NCBI GenBank assembly: GCA_964016885.1
Contig: OZ024742.1
Span: 186,868,001-186,932,000 of the forward strand
Direction: 5' to 3'
Length of the DNA: 64,000 nucleotides
Origin: Eledone cirrhosa
Taxonomy: Eukaryota
The notes under the pieces were generated by a model. The model saw nothing but the letters and a program-made list of their open reading frames with translations, was not told where the DNA came from and did no database searches. The translations under genes and the position numbers were made by a program. Shown here in pieces: positions 24,951 to 42,977 of this stretch (its first letter is position 1; the number at the start of each line of letters is the position of its first letter).

Positions 24951-26638
24951 TAACATTATTCTAGAATTTAATTTAATTTAAATGTTAGTTAACCTATAAA
25001 TTTAATTTAATTAATATTTTATTACAGATGAGAAAATATTATGTAATCATAAATTTTGAAAAACCTTTAAATATTACTAATATATACTCAGTAATTTAAT
25101 TTATAGATTAATTTTAATTTATTTTAACCTTTTACTATAATTTTTTTTATTATAATTCTTTTACAGATAAAATATAACAAAATAATATCATGTATCCTAT
25201 GACGGAGAAAGAATTTTTAGTATTATAGACCTAATTAATATACATTTTGGAAATATATTTATTATTTGGTTTTAGTTTTAATCAACCTAAATCTTTAATT
25301 TTAATTTGCTTAAAATTAGTATCCTTGTACAGACGAATTGCAGAATGTCATGTAATCATAGAATGGGATGTGTTTTGGATATATACCTAGTTAATATATT
25401 CTGTGCAATTTTTTGAAAAAGATATGTATATCTATATGTATATGTATATGTGTGTATTGTATGTGTATCTATATGTATATTTATGTGACTATATATGTAT
25501 GTATGTGTATATATATGTATATATATATATATATATGTGTGTATATGTATATGTATGTATATGTGTATGTATATGTATATGTATGCGTATTAATTTTGAT
25601 TTTTATTTGCATATAATTATATTATGCTATTGATGAAATACAATATCTGCTTTATGTATTGTATACCTAATTAACATATACTAATTAACGTATACTATTG
25701 AAATAAATATATAATTTTTAATTTAGTTAACATATAATTTATATGCTACTACCGATGTAATACTTTATTTTATTTTTATTTGGGTTTCTTTTCCCTATTA
25801 CTAAATTCATCTCCTAATATTGATACCATAACGTTATTAACTTTAATTTAGTTATAATGTAATTAATAATCTACTACTGTTTGACTTCATAATTTTGCTT
25901 CAAATATTATAAACCTAACTAATTTACACCTTGGAAATCAATATGTTGACTATCTTTGGTTTAGTTAACATATGATTAATGGTATACTTTTTTGTTTTGG
26001 GATACATAGATTTCGTATTTCCTAGCACTGAAAATATGTAAGAACATACATTGAATTAAGATACGGAAAATATTATATGTTTCTTGAAACATATATTTAC
26101 TTTGATCCCCTTCTCCAAACCCCCCCTTTCCCCCATACTATTATCATCTGTTTTTGTAAGAGTATATGTATGAATATATGTGTAGGTGGGTGTTCTATAT
26201 AGGTTTTGGTATTTATTTCTAAATATAAAAATACATATATGAGCATGTAAATATGAATGTAAGATTGAGTGTGTATATATGATTGTACATACATATGTAT
26301 GTATATATATGTATATATATGTATTATATATGTATGTGTATGTGAATGTGTGGTATGTATATGTGTATGTATATGTATATATGTGTGTGTATGTGTATGC
26401 TTGTATATAGGAATATATATATGTGTATATATGTATATATATGTATATGCGTGGTTGTATGTATGTGTATATGGGTTCTGTATATATTCGTATGTCTCTC
26501 TATTTATATGTTTATCTTCATATCTATGTGATATATGTGTGTGTGTGTGCATATATGCATATGTATGTGTTTGTGTGTGTTTGTATGTGTGTGTGTATAT
26601 ATATATGTATTTGCGCACACTCACATACACATATATAT

Positions 26639-26838
26639 NNNNNNNNNNNNNNNNNNNNNNNNNNNNNNNNNNNNNNNNNNNNNNNNNNNNNNNNNNNNNN
26701 NNNNNNNNNNNNNNNNNNNNNNNNNNNNNNNNNNNNNNNNNNNNNNNNNNNNNNNNNNNNNNNNNNNNNNNNNNNNNNNNNNNNNNNNNNNNNNNNNNNN
26801 NNNNNNNNNNNNNNNNNNNNNNNNNNNNNNNNNNNNNN
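26639..26838. other. Assembly gap (200 N)
   Basis: Run of N. Confidence 1.
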
Positions 26839-29800
26839 TGCACACACACACACATATATCACATAGATATGAAGATAAACATATAAATAGAGAGACATAC
26901 GAATATATACAGAACCCATATACACATACATACAACCACGCATATACATATATATACATATATACACATATATATATTCCTATATACAAGCATACACATA
27001 CACACACATATATACATATACATACACATATACATACCACACATTCACATACACATACATATATAATACATATATATACATATATATACATACATATGTA
27101 TGTACAATCATATATACACACTCAATCTTACATTCATATTTACATGCTCATATATGTATTTTTATATTTAGAAATAAATACCAAAACCTATATAGAACAC
27201 CCACCTACACATATATTCATACATATACTCTTACAAAAACAGATGATAATAGTATGGGGGAAAGGGGGGGTTTGGAGAAGGGGATCAAAGTAAATATATG
27301 TTTCAAGAAACATATAATATTTTCCGTATCTTAATTCAATGTATGTTCTTACATATTTTCAGTGCTAGGAAATACGAAATCTATGTATCCCAAAACAAAA
27401 AAGTATACCATTAATCATATGTTAACTAAACCAAAGATAGTCAACATATTGATTTCCAAGGTGTAAATTAGTTAGGTTTATAATATTTGAAGCAAAATTA
27501 TGAAGTCAAACAGTAGTAGATTATTAATTACATTATAACTAAATTAAAGTTAATAACGTTATGGTATCAATATTAGGAGATGAATTTAGTAATAGGGAAA
27601 AGAAACCCAAATAAAAATAAAATAAAGTATTACATCGGTAGTAGCATATAAATTATATGTTAACTAAATTAAAAATTATATATTTATTTCAATAGTATAC
27701 GTTAATTAGTATATGTTAATTAGGTATACAATACATAAAGCAGATATTGTATTTCATCAATAGCATAATATAATTATATGCAAATAAAAATCAAAATTAA
27801 TACGCATACATATACATATACATACACATATACATACATATACATATACACACATATATATATATATATATACATATATATACACATACATACATATATA
27901 GTCACATAAATATACATATAGATACACATACAATACACACATATACATATACATATAGATATACATATCTTTTTCAAAAAATTGCACAGAATATATTAAC
28001 TAGGTATATATCCAAAACACATCCCATTCTATGATTACATGACATTCTGCAATTCGTCTGTACAAGGATACTAATTTTAAGCAAATTAAAATTAAAGATT
28101 TAGGTTGATTAAAACTAAAACCAAATAATAAATATATTTCCAAAATGTATATTAATTAGGTCTATAATACTAAAAATTCTTTCTCCGTCATAGGATACAT
28201 GATATTATTTTGTTATATTTTATCTGTAAAAGAATTATAATAAAAAAAATTATAGTAAAAGGTTAAAATAAATTAAAATTAATCTATAAATTAAATTACT
28301 GAGTATATATTAGTAATATTTAAAGGTTTTTCAAAATTTATGATTACATAATATTTTCTCATCTGTAATAAAATATTAATTAAATTAAATTTATAGGTTA
28401 ACTAACATTTAAATTAAATTAAATTCTAGAATAATGTTATTAATTAGGTTTATAATATTTAAATGTTTTTTTTAGTTTATGATTACACGATATAATTAAT
28501 TCCTGTCTTTTATTTAATAAGATATCCCTAGACTTCATTATTTCAAATAGTTCCTGGGAACATAATCTACATTCCTTTCTATTATTTTGATAAGGGGTGG
28601 CTCTTTTGAGCACACTCCAGGTCAAATCATATTTTATATTTTTATTTTTATAACTATTGATTTTTTCTGCTAGAGATGTTGTATTAGCCAGTGCGGCATT
28701 TTTAAAGCTATGTTTGTGGGTATTATACCTTGTCTTAAAATTGTTAGAGGTAGCTCCTATATATGAGCAAATAGAATCTTTAGTTTTAACATTACATTTA
28801 TAGACTATGTTGTTAACAAGACAATTCCCTTTTAATGGGCAGTTTGTTTTGTTTCTACAGTTACATCCTTTCGTTAATTCTGTATTTGAGGAGATATTAT
28901 TGTTAATTTGATGTACTGGTGGTATACTTATGGTTTTCTTACATTTATATGCATTATATGCACTTATATTTTGTTTTATGTTATTTGTTGTAGAGTATGA
29001 GAATTTAACTGTAGACCTATTTAAGATTTGATGGTATTTGTGGTTTGGCGGGAAGTTTTTCTCAAGGATATAAAAAAATTTTTTAGCAATATTATCCTTA
29101 ACTTGTAAATTAAAAGGAGCATTATACCAAGTAACTCGTCTATTACGGTTTCTATGTTGTTTATTATTTTTATTATTTTTATATGTTGTATCATGATTTT
29201 TACTAGGAGGATTAATGTTAATGATCATACCACAACTATTTTTAGTTATATTTGTAGATTTAGGTGTTTTATCTTTTTTATTAGGAGTTTTATTATTAAT
29301 ATTTATTATAGTCGTATGATGAGTAGTTTTTTGAGGGTTACTATACTTTATATTAGAAGATTTAGTATTTTGGGGTATACTGTGGGTGGCATTTAGGTGT
29401 GTACTTTTCATTTGGTGTTTGTTGGTAATATTATGCTGTATGCTTTCAGTATTTTTAGTAGAAGGTATATACTCTAATCTATTTTTGTGGCCACTTCTAT
29501 CTAGAGCTTCATTATAAAAGGTCGCATTTTTATCAAATACATCTTGGTTAGAAGAAAGGTTAGAAATTCTAAGTGATATATTATATGCAAGGTTTTTAAG
29601 GATAGATTTAGGGTGATTAGATTGTGAGTGTATGTAATGTAAGTTTTGGTTAGGTTTATGGTAAGGTTGGTATATACCCGTAGCTAAATCTAAAGTTATA
29701 TCTAGGAAATTTACTACTTTACTTGTTTTTTCAAAAGTAATATTAAGATTATAATAGTCTTTAAGGAAAGTTCTAATATGCTTTTTTGTTTTTTTCGATT

Positions 29801-30515
29801 TCTGAAAGGCTAAGGTTGTTAGAAAGAAGAAGACAGTCATCACGATATAAACCACCTTTGAGGTGGGGAAAAGAGGCATTTATGTTGAAAAGGAGAAAGA
29901 GGCCCACAAGATCAGTAATTTGGGCGGAATCGCTTGAACCCATAGTAATATCAAAAAGATTACTGTAAGTGTTTCTGGTCCAGTATTCATTCTGAAATTC
30001 AATAAGTGTTTGTCTAGCATGTGTAATAATGTTAATGTCATCCGAAGTTAAATTAGATCTATTTTTAGCAAATATTAATGCTTTGTTCAGGAGTATGGGT
30101 GATATAGAAGAATAGTAATTATCTATATCAAATTGTAGGAAAGAAGCAGAAGATTTACACCTAATATTTTTAAACCAATTAATTACCTGGGAGGTGTTTT
30201 CCCAGAGTGGTAAAATAACGTATTTTCTTATTTGTGGGATGACTCTATCTAAAATTTTTTTGCTAATTATTCCAATATCTGATTTGGAGGGACATATAAG
30301 TCTAATAGAAGGATTAGAGTTAAAGTTAGATTTGTGATCTTTCAGGTTGAAGTGTGGACATTTCAATGCCAAAGGTTCAGTTCTATCTTCAATATTTAGT
30401 TTTTTTACTATGTTGTGTGTTTTGTTGTTGATGTTGGTGAGTGACACATTATTAGATTTTTTATAATTTTTTCTGAGTTCTTTATATATGAACTCATTAT
30501 AATGTTCAATATCCA
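26839..30515 (-). mobile_element. Second inverted truncated family A copy (equals 17061-20737 shifted by 9778)
   Basis: Identical ORFs at an exact 9778-bp offset. Confidence 0.88.
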
Positions 30516-30978
30516 ATAATGTATGTATGTGTATGTATGTGTGTGTGTATATATATATGTATATGTATATATGTATATGTGTGTATATATGTATATATAT
30601 ATATATATATTATTCTTTATTATTATTGTAATATAACTTATGTGTATATGTGTATAAGTGAGGTTGTGTATGTATATATACTATGTGTATATATAAGAGT
30701 AATGAAATATATATATATATGTGTGTGTATATATGTGCATGTCTGTTTTTTATGTGTGTGTATATATATATGTGTATGTGTATATATGTGTGTGTATGTA
30801 TATATATGTGTACGTGTGTGTATGTGGATATATATATATATATATATATATATACATGTGGGTGTTTGTATGTATATTTATGGTGGTATGAGTGTGGGGA
30901 GATATATATATATGTTTGTATATATATATGTATATGTGTATATATATATATATATATGAGTCTATGTGTGTGTGTATA

Positions 30979-31021
<43 letters not shown>

Positions 31022-32285
31022 ATGTGTGTATGTGTTGCGCGTGAGTGTGTGTGTATTTATATCTTTTTATATGTGTATGTGTATGTTCGTGTAAATGTAT
31101 GTGTGTGTATGACAGTATAGATATGTGTGTATGTATGTATGTGTAGATATCTCTATGTGCGCGTACATGTATGTATGTGTATGTATATCTGTATGTGTAT
31201 GTACATTTATTATATTTTATTGTTTTTATTTTTATTTTTTTATTTTTCTTAATTTATAGATACATTTATTTTAGGCTGTCTGGTCTGACAATCTAATACT
31301 GACCCCTCCCCCCCCCTCCCACCTAATTTCTGTATCTTGATCTTGAAATGTGTGTACCAGTGTTTTTATGTGAGTGACTTAATTTCTATTTGCTTATGAT
31401 TTTATATCCACATATATAAATGTGAGTGGGGGAGTGTGTGTGTTTGTATGTTCGTGGTTATGTGTATATTTATGCATATACGCACATGTATGTGTGATTA
31501 TACTGATATGTGTGAGTATGAAAAAAATATATTTATATGCTTGACTCCATAAGTATCTTTGCGTATCTTATCAGCGCATTAAGCTTACAGAGATATTAAC
31601 CTTGAAATTTTGTGTTTACATCCATCTTTTTAGTATACACATACAAATTATACACACATTATTGTAAAATATGTGTAAGGTTTTTGCATGTATATACACA
31701 CACCAAACTGCTTTTTACCCTTTGTGTTTTCATTGGTCAATTTTGAACTGACATTTTGAATTGTTGTTATTATCAATAAATATACTTCATTATTTCTGAA
31801 GACGGCGTATATATGAGTTAGGTATGTATATTTAATCTTGATAATTTGTATAATTTTGTATAATTTTGTACATAGATCTGTTAAATATGCATACCAATTA
31901 TAACACATATATGCCCTAGAAACGATCGTTAAATAGTGAACTTTTTTTGTTTAATATAAGGAATTGTTTGTTCATTATTTGTTTAATATTTTATCTTGAC
32001 TCTGTATACCGTTTATCTTTCACCGAAAGTGGATTTTCATTACATCTCTTCTTTCCATGATATCCGGAATACATTGAGTTCTTCATACGGATTGGACACT
32101 ACCGTAAACTCTTGGTAGATTTATCTACATAATTTTGCTCCTATTTTCACGGAAATATTCGTATTTTTGTACTGTATGTGTGTATTAATTTTATATTTAT
32201 GTATAAACATATATATATATGTATGATTTTGTAAACCCATATACATTTAGTTGAGCTCTTTCAATTGTCCATCATCCATATCACA

Positions 32286-33395
32286 ATGGAAAAACAGTAT
32301 TTAGGAACCTCCTTAAAAAACATACCAATACCTTCTAAGGACGACTTCTTACTCCTTATGATTCAGAAAACTAATAATTTTATCAGAAGGGTTAGATGGA
32401 GAGCCTACCACTTCGATAGAAAATCTAAACAAGCAGATCGGAAATATATGTATGATTTCAACACTTACAAGAATCCACCACACAACTTTTTACTTGAAGA
32501 CTTCGAGAAAGACCTTTTTAATTTAATTAAACACCTCAAATTTAAAAAGTATAAATCCGTCTTTCAAAAGGACCTTGATTCTACCCTATTGGACCTAAAA
32601 AAGTCTAAAAAAATCCATGTCCACTCGGACAAAACTGGTAACTTGTATCATATGGATATTGAACATTATAATGAGTTCATATATAAAGAACTCAGAAAAA
32701 ATTATAAAAAATCTAATAATGTGTCACTCACCAACATCAACAACAAAACACACAACATAGTAAAAAAACTAAATATTGAAGATAGAACTGAACCTTTGGC
32801 ATTGAAATGTCCACACTTCAACCTGAAAGATCACAAATCTAACTTTAACTCTAATCCTTCTATTAGACTTATATGTCCCTCCAAATCAGATATTGGAATA
32901 ATTAGCAAAAAAATTTTAGATAGAGTCATCCCACAAATAAGAAAATACGTTATTTTACCACTCTGGGAAAACACCTCCCAGGTAATTAATTGGTTTAAAA
33001 ATATTAGGTGTAAATCTTCTGCTTCTTTCCTACAATTTGATATAGATAATTACTATTCTTCTATATCACCCATACTCCTGAACAAAGCATTAATATTTGC
33101 TAAAAATAGATCTAATTTAACTTCGGATGACATTAACATTATTACACATGCTAGACAAACACTTATTGAATTTCAGAATGAATACTGGACCAGAAACACT
33201 TACAGTAATCTTTTTGATATTACTATGGGTTCAAGCGATTCCGCCCAAATTACTGATCTTGTGGGCCTCTTTCTCCTTTTCAACATAAATGCCTCTTTTC
33301 CCCACCTCAAAGGTGGTTTATATCGTGATGACTGTCTTCTTCTTTCTAACAACCTTAGCCTTTCAGAAATCGAAAAAAACAAAAAAGCATATTAG
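32286..33395 (+). CDS. PLE reverse transcriptase, N-terminal part (copy 2)
   Basis: Identical translation to 22508-23617. Confidence 0.85.
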   Translation: MEKQYLGTSLKNIPIPSKDDFLLLMIQKTNNFIRRVRWRAYHFDRKSKQADRKYMYDFNTYKNPPHNFLLEDFEKDLFNLIKHLKFKKYKSVFQKDLDSTLLDLKKSKKIHVHSDKTGNLYHMDIEHYNEFIYKELRKNYKKSNNVSLTNINNKTHNIVKKLNIEDRTEPLALKCPHFNLKDHKSNFNSNPSIRLICPSKSDIGIISKKILDRVIPQIRKYVILPLWENTSQVINWFKNIRCKSSASFLQFDIDNYYSSISPILLNKALIFAKNRSNLTSDDINIITHARQTLIEFQNEYWTRNTYSNLFDITMGSSDSAQITDLVGLFLLFNINASFPHLKGGLYRDDCLLLSNNLSLSEIEKNKKAY

Positions 33396-34728
33396 AACTT
33401 TCCTTAAAGACTATTATAATCTTAATATTACTTTTGAAAAAACAAGTAAAGTAGTAAATTTCCTAGATATAACTTTAGATTTAGCTACGGGTATATACCA
33501 ACCTTACCATAAACCTAACCAAAACTTACATTACATACACTCACAATCTAATCACCCTAAATCTATCCTTAAAAACCTTGCATATAATATATCACTTAGA
33601 ATTTCTAACCTTTCTTCTAACCAAGATGTATTTGATAAAAATGCGACCTTTTATAATGAAGCTCTAGATAGAAGTGGCCACAAAAATAGATTAGAGTATA
33701 TACCTTCTACTAAAAATACTGAAAGCATACAGCATAATATTACCAACAAACACCAAATGAAAAGTACACACCTAAATGCCACCCACAGTATACCCCAAAA
33801 TACTAAATCTTCTAATATAAAGTATAGTAACCCTCAAAAAACTACTCATCATACGACTATAATAAATATTAATAATAAAACTCCTAATAAAAAAGATAAA
33901 ACACCTAAATCTACAAATATAACTAAAAATAGTTGTGGTATGATCATTAACATTAATCCTCCTAGTAAAAATCATGATACAACATATAAAAATAATAAAA
34001 ATAATAAACAACATAGAAACCGTAATAGACGAGTTACTTGGTATAATGCTCCTTTTAATTTACAAGTTAAGGATAATATTGCTAAAAAATTTTTTTATAT
34101 CCTTGAGAAAAACTTCCCGCCAAACCACAAATACCATCAAATCTTAAATAGGTCTACAGTTAAATTCTCATACTCTACAACAAATAACATAAAACAAAAT
34201 ATAAGTGCATATAATGCATATAAATGTAAGAAAACCATAAGTATACCACCAGTACATCAAATTAACAATAATATCTCCTCAAATACAGAATTAACGAAAG
34301 GATGTAACTGTAGAAACAAAACAAACTGCCCATTAAAAGGGAATTGTCTTGTTAACAACATAGTCTATAAATGTAATGTTAAAACTAAAGATTCTATTTG
34401 CTCATATATAGGAGCTACCTCTAACAATTTTAAGACAAGGTATAATACCCACAAACATAGCTTTAAAAATGCCGCACTGGCTAATACAACATCTCTAGCA
34501 GAAAAAATCAATAGTTATAAAAATAAAAATATAAAATATGATTTGACCTGGAGTGTGCTCAAAAGAGCCACCCCTTATCAAAATAATAGAAAGGAATGTA
34601 GATTATGTTCCCAGGAACTATTTGAAATAATGAAGTCTAGGGATATCTTATTAAATAAAAGACAGGAATTAATTATATCGTGTAATCATAAACTAAAAAA
34701 AACATTTAAATATTATAAACCTAATTAA
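33370..34728 (+). CDS. PLE thumb/linker/GIY-YIG endonuclease (copy 2)
   Basis: Identical translation to 23592-24950. Confidence 0.85.
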   Translation, partial: SKKTKKHIRTFLKDYYNLNITFEKTSKVVNFLDITLDLATGIYQPYHKPNQNLHYIHSQSNHPKSILKNLAYNISLRISNLSSNQDVFDKNATFYNEALDRSGHKNRLEYIPSTKNTESIQHNITNKHQMKSTHLNATHSIPQNTKSSNIKYSNPQKTTHHTTIININNKTPNKKDKTPKSTNITKNSCGMIININPPSKNHDTTYKNNKNNKQHRNRNRRVTWYNAPFNLQVKDNIAKKFFYILEKNFPPNHKYHQILNRSTVKFSYSTTNNIKQNISAYNAYKCKKTISIPPVHQINNNISSNTELTKGCNCRNKTNCPLKGNCLVNNIVYKCNVKTKDSICSYIGATSNNFKTRYNTHKHSFKNAALANTTSLAEKINSYKNKNIKYDLTWSVLKRATPYQNNRKECRLCSQELFEIMKSRDILLNKRQELIISCNHKLKKTFKYYKPN

Positions 34729-36520
34729 TAACATTATTCTAGAATTTAATTTAATTTAAATGTTAGTTAACCTATAAATTTAATTTAATTAATATTTTAT
34801 TACAGATGAGAAAATATTATGTAATCATAAATTTTGAAAAACCTTTAAATATTACTAATATATACTCAGTAATTTAATTTATAGATTAATTTTAATTTAT
34901 TTTAACCTTTTACTATAATTTTTTTTATTATAATTCTTTTACAGATAAAATATAACAAAATAATATCATGTATCCTATGACGGAGAAAGAATTTTTAGTA
35001 TTATAGACCTAATTAATATACATTTTGGAAATATATTTATTATTTGGTTTTAGTTTTAATCAACCTAAATCTTTAATTTTAATTTGCTTAAAATTAGTAT
35101 CCTTGTACAGACGAATTGCAGAATGTCATGTAATCATAGAATGGGATGTGTTTTGGATATATACCTAGTTAATATATTCTGTGCAATTTTTTGAAAAAGA
35201 TATGTATATCTATATGTATATGTATATGTGTGTATTGTATGTGTATCTATATGTATATTTATGTGACTATATATGTATGTATGTGTATATATATGTATAT
35301 ATATATATATATATGTGTGTATATGTATATGTATGTATATGTGTATGTATATGTATATGTATGCGTATTAATTTTGATTTTTATTTGCATATAATTATAT
35401 TATGCTATTGATGAAATACAATATCTGCTTTATGTATTGTATACCTAATTAACATATACTAATTAACGTATACTATTGAAATAAATATATAATTTTTAAT
35501 TTAGTTAACATATAATTTATATGCTACTACCGATGTAATACTTTATTTTATTTTTATTTGGGTTTCTTTTCCCTATTACTAAATTCATCTCCTAATATTG
35601 ATACCATAACGTTATTAACTTTAATTTAGTTATAATGTAATTAATAATCTACTACTGTTTGACTTCATAATTTTGCTTCAAATATTATAAACCTAACTAA
35701 TTTACACCTTGGAAATCAATATGTTGACTATCTTTGGTTTAGTTAACATATGATTAATGGTATACTTTTTTGTTTTGGGATACATAGATTTCGTATTTCC
35801 TAGCACTGAAAATATGTAAGAACATACATTGAATTAAGATACGGAAAATATTATATGTTTCTTGAAACATATATTTACTTTGATCCCCTTCTCCAAACCC
35901 CCCCTTTCCCCCATACTATTATCATCTGTTTTTGTAAGAGTATATGTATGAATATATGTGTAGGTGGGTGTTCTATATAGGTTTTGGTATTTATTTCTAA
36001 ATATAAAAATACATATATGAGCATGTAAATATGAATGTAAGATTGAGTGTGTATATATGATTGTACATACATATGTATGTATATATATGTATATATATGT
36101 ATTATATATGTATGTGTATGTGAATGTGTGGTATGTATATGTGTATGTATATGTATATATGTGTGTGTATGTGTATGCTTGTATATAGGAATATATATAT
36201 GTGTATATATGTATATATATGTATATGCGTGGTTGTATGTATGTGTATATGGGTTCTGTATATATTCGTATGTCTCTCTATTTATATGTTTATCTTCATA
36301 TCTATGTGATATATGTGTGTGTGTGTGCATATATGCATATGTATGTGTTTGTGTGTGTTTGTATGTGTGTGTGTATATATATATGTATTTGCGCACACTC
36401 ACATACACATATATATATATATATGTGTATGTGAGTGTGTTTGTGTGTCTGTGTGTGTGTGTGTGTGTGTATGTGTATATATGTGTGTATATATATGTAT
36501 GTATGTTTGTGTATATATAT

Positions 36521-36558
<38 letters not shown>

Positions 36559-37088
36559 ATATGGGTATCTATGTGTGAATATATGTCTTTATTCGTATGT
36601 GTGTATTTATGTATGTATATGTTTAGGTGTATGTATGTATGTGTATGTATGTGTGTGTATATATATATGTATATGTATATATGTATATATGTGTATATAT
36701 GTATATATATATATATATATTATTCTTTATTATTATTGTAATATAACTTATGTGTATATGTGTATAAGTGAGGTTGTGTATGTATATATACTATGTGTAT
36801 ATATAAGAGTAATGAAATATATATATATATGTGTGTGTATATATGTGCATGTCTGTTTTTTATGTGTGTGTATATATATATGTGTATGTGTATATATGTG
36901 TGTGTATGTATATATATGTGTACGTGTGTGTATGTGGATATATATATATATATATATATATATACATGTGGGTGTTTGTATGTATATTTATGGTGGTATG
37001 AGTGTGGGGAGATATATATATATGTTTGTATATATATATGTATATGTGTATATATATATATATATATGAGTCTATGTGTGTGTGTATA

Positions 37089-37139
<51 letters not shown>

Positions 37140-38103
37140 ATGTGTGTATGTGTTGCGCGTGAGTGTGTGTGTATTTATATCTTTTTATATGTGTATGTGT
37201 ATGTTCGTGTAAATGTATGTGTGTGTATGACAGTATAGATATGTGTGTATGTATGTATGTGTAGATATCTCTATGTGCGCGTACATGTATGTATGTGTAT
37301 GTATATCTGTATGTGTATGTACATTTATTATATTTTATTGTTTTTATTTTTATTTTTTTATTTTTCTTAATTTATAGATACATTTATTTTAGGCTGTCTG
37401 GTCTGACAATCTAATACTGACCCCTCCCCCCCCCTCCCACCTAATTTCTGTATCTTGATCTTGAAATGTGTGTACCAGTGTTTTTATGTGAGTGACTTAA
37501 TTTCTATTTGCTTATGATTTTATATCCACATATATAAATGTGAGTGGGGGAGTGTGTGTGTTTGTATGTTCGTGGTTATGTGTATATTTATGCATATACG
37601 CACATGTATGTGTGATTATACTGATATGTGTGAGTATGAAAAAAATATATTTATATGCTTGACTCCATAAGTATCTTTGCGTATCTTATCAGCGCATTAA
37701 GCTTACAGAGATATTAACCTTGAAATTTTGTGTTTACATCCATCTTTTTAGTATACACATACAAATTATACACACATTATTGTAAAATATGTGTAAGGTT
37801 TTTGCATGTATATACACACACCAAACTGCTTTTTACCCTTTGTGTTTTCATTGGTCAATTTTGAACTGACATTTTGAATTGTTGTTATTATCAATAAATA
37901 TACTTCATTATTTCTGAAGACGGCGTATATATGAGTTAGGTATGTATATTTAATCTTGATAATTTGTATAATTTTGTATAATTTTGTACATAGATCTGTT
38001 AAATATGCATACCAATTATAACACATATATGCCCTAGAAACGATCGTTAAATAGTGAACTTTTTTTGTTTAATATAAGGAATTGTTTGTTCATTATTTGT
38101 TTA

Positions 38104-38178
<75 letters not shown>

Positions 38179-38253
38179 ATGTGTGTGTGTATATATGTGT
38201 GTGTGTACATATGTGCGTGTGTATATATTGATAATTGTATATGTGTGTGTGTG

Positions 38254-38288
<35 letters not shown>

Positions 38289-38640
38289 TTGTGTTCTGTT
38301 GTGCGTGTTTATGATATATACGTTTTTGTATGTGTATAATTGTTTAGCTATGTATGTATATATGTGTGTGTGTGTGTATGTGTGTATATATATATGTGTG
38401 TGTGTACGTTTGTATTTATGTAATTATATGTGTGCTTATGTATGCATATATGTGTGTGTATGCATATAGTTGTATACACATGTGTGTGTGTATAGATTGT
38501 ACACTTGTGCGTGGTTATGCATGTATGCGTATGTATTTGTATTTGAAAAAATTTTTTATGTGTGAGAGTGTGTGAATGCGTTGACTATTTCGTGCGTATG
38601 TATATGTGCTTTTGTGTGTGTGTATGTGTGTGTATATATG

Positions 38641-38686
<46 letters not shown>

Positions 38687-39086
38687 TGTGTGTGTGTATG
38701 TATGAATGTTTGTATATGTTTGTTCTTAGAGGAACAAAGGCAGACAGATTTCTGTATTCAGATTGGAGCCAATCCTTATCATTGGCTTTCTCTTTAGCTT
38801 ACAGGTGTCTGTAAGATCAGTATGGGGTCAGTCATTGTAGATAGATTTGGAGGAAGGGGGGATTCCTTAAAAGCTAAATTCTTAAAGGTTCTAGTATATT
38901 GACCAAGGTTTAGGGAATTCTGTGGACAATTTCTAAGTATAATCTATACAACTGTAGCCATAAATTCACGAGACACTTTCAACAGAACATACCCTGCGCG
39001 TATGCGCGCATGCACGCACACACATGTGTATGGGGGAAATATATTTATATTTGTATACGCGTGCGTGCGTGCGCGCATACACATGC

Positions 39087-39118
<32 letters not shown>

Positions 39119-39284
39119 GTGTGCGTGTGTGTGTGTGTGTGTTTTTTCGTGTATGTGTGGTTGTATGGGTAGTCTTATTTTGTTTTTATTTTTTCCTTTC
39201 CTTCTTCCTTCTCCAGCCTCACTTTCATATAGCTTGCTTTTTTTGTTTTTAAGATCCAAATTTCAATAAACAAACCAGGATTTT

Positions 39285-39342
39285 TTCGTTCTGAGGATTG
39301 AAAGCAAAACCTTTTGCTTTTAAGAAACCACTGGTAAATGGA
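39285..39342 (+). ncRNA. Type-I hammerhead ribozyme (family C')
   Basis: Same motif as 14597-14654, followed by a long tail to ~39450. Confidence 0.75.
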
Positions 39343-39464
39343 ATAATTGCCTTATGTTGTTTATTACATAATAATAATTAAGCTCTGTTGCTTACATAGA
39401 GCACTCTTTTTTCCTGGACTTTTCCGACGGAATTACTTCATTCACACATATATAGATATATATA

Positions 39465-42972
<3,508 letters not shown>

Positions 42973-42977
42973 TATAT

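Larger units (their letters stand above)
20741..26638 (+). mobile_element. Naiad-type PLE family A, plus copy 1 (upstream pLTR + ORF + partial 3' UTR, cut by gap)
   Basis: 20741-22212 repeats the element 3' end (36631-38112); ORF from 22508. Confidence 0.9.
30519..38112 (+). mobile_element. Naiad-type PLE family A, complete plus copy (pLTR-ORF-3'UTR-pLTR)
   Basis: Direct repeats 30519-31990 and 36631-38112; ORFs 32286-33395 and 33370-34728; ends in (TA)n. Confidence 0.92.
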
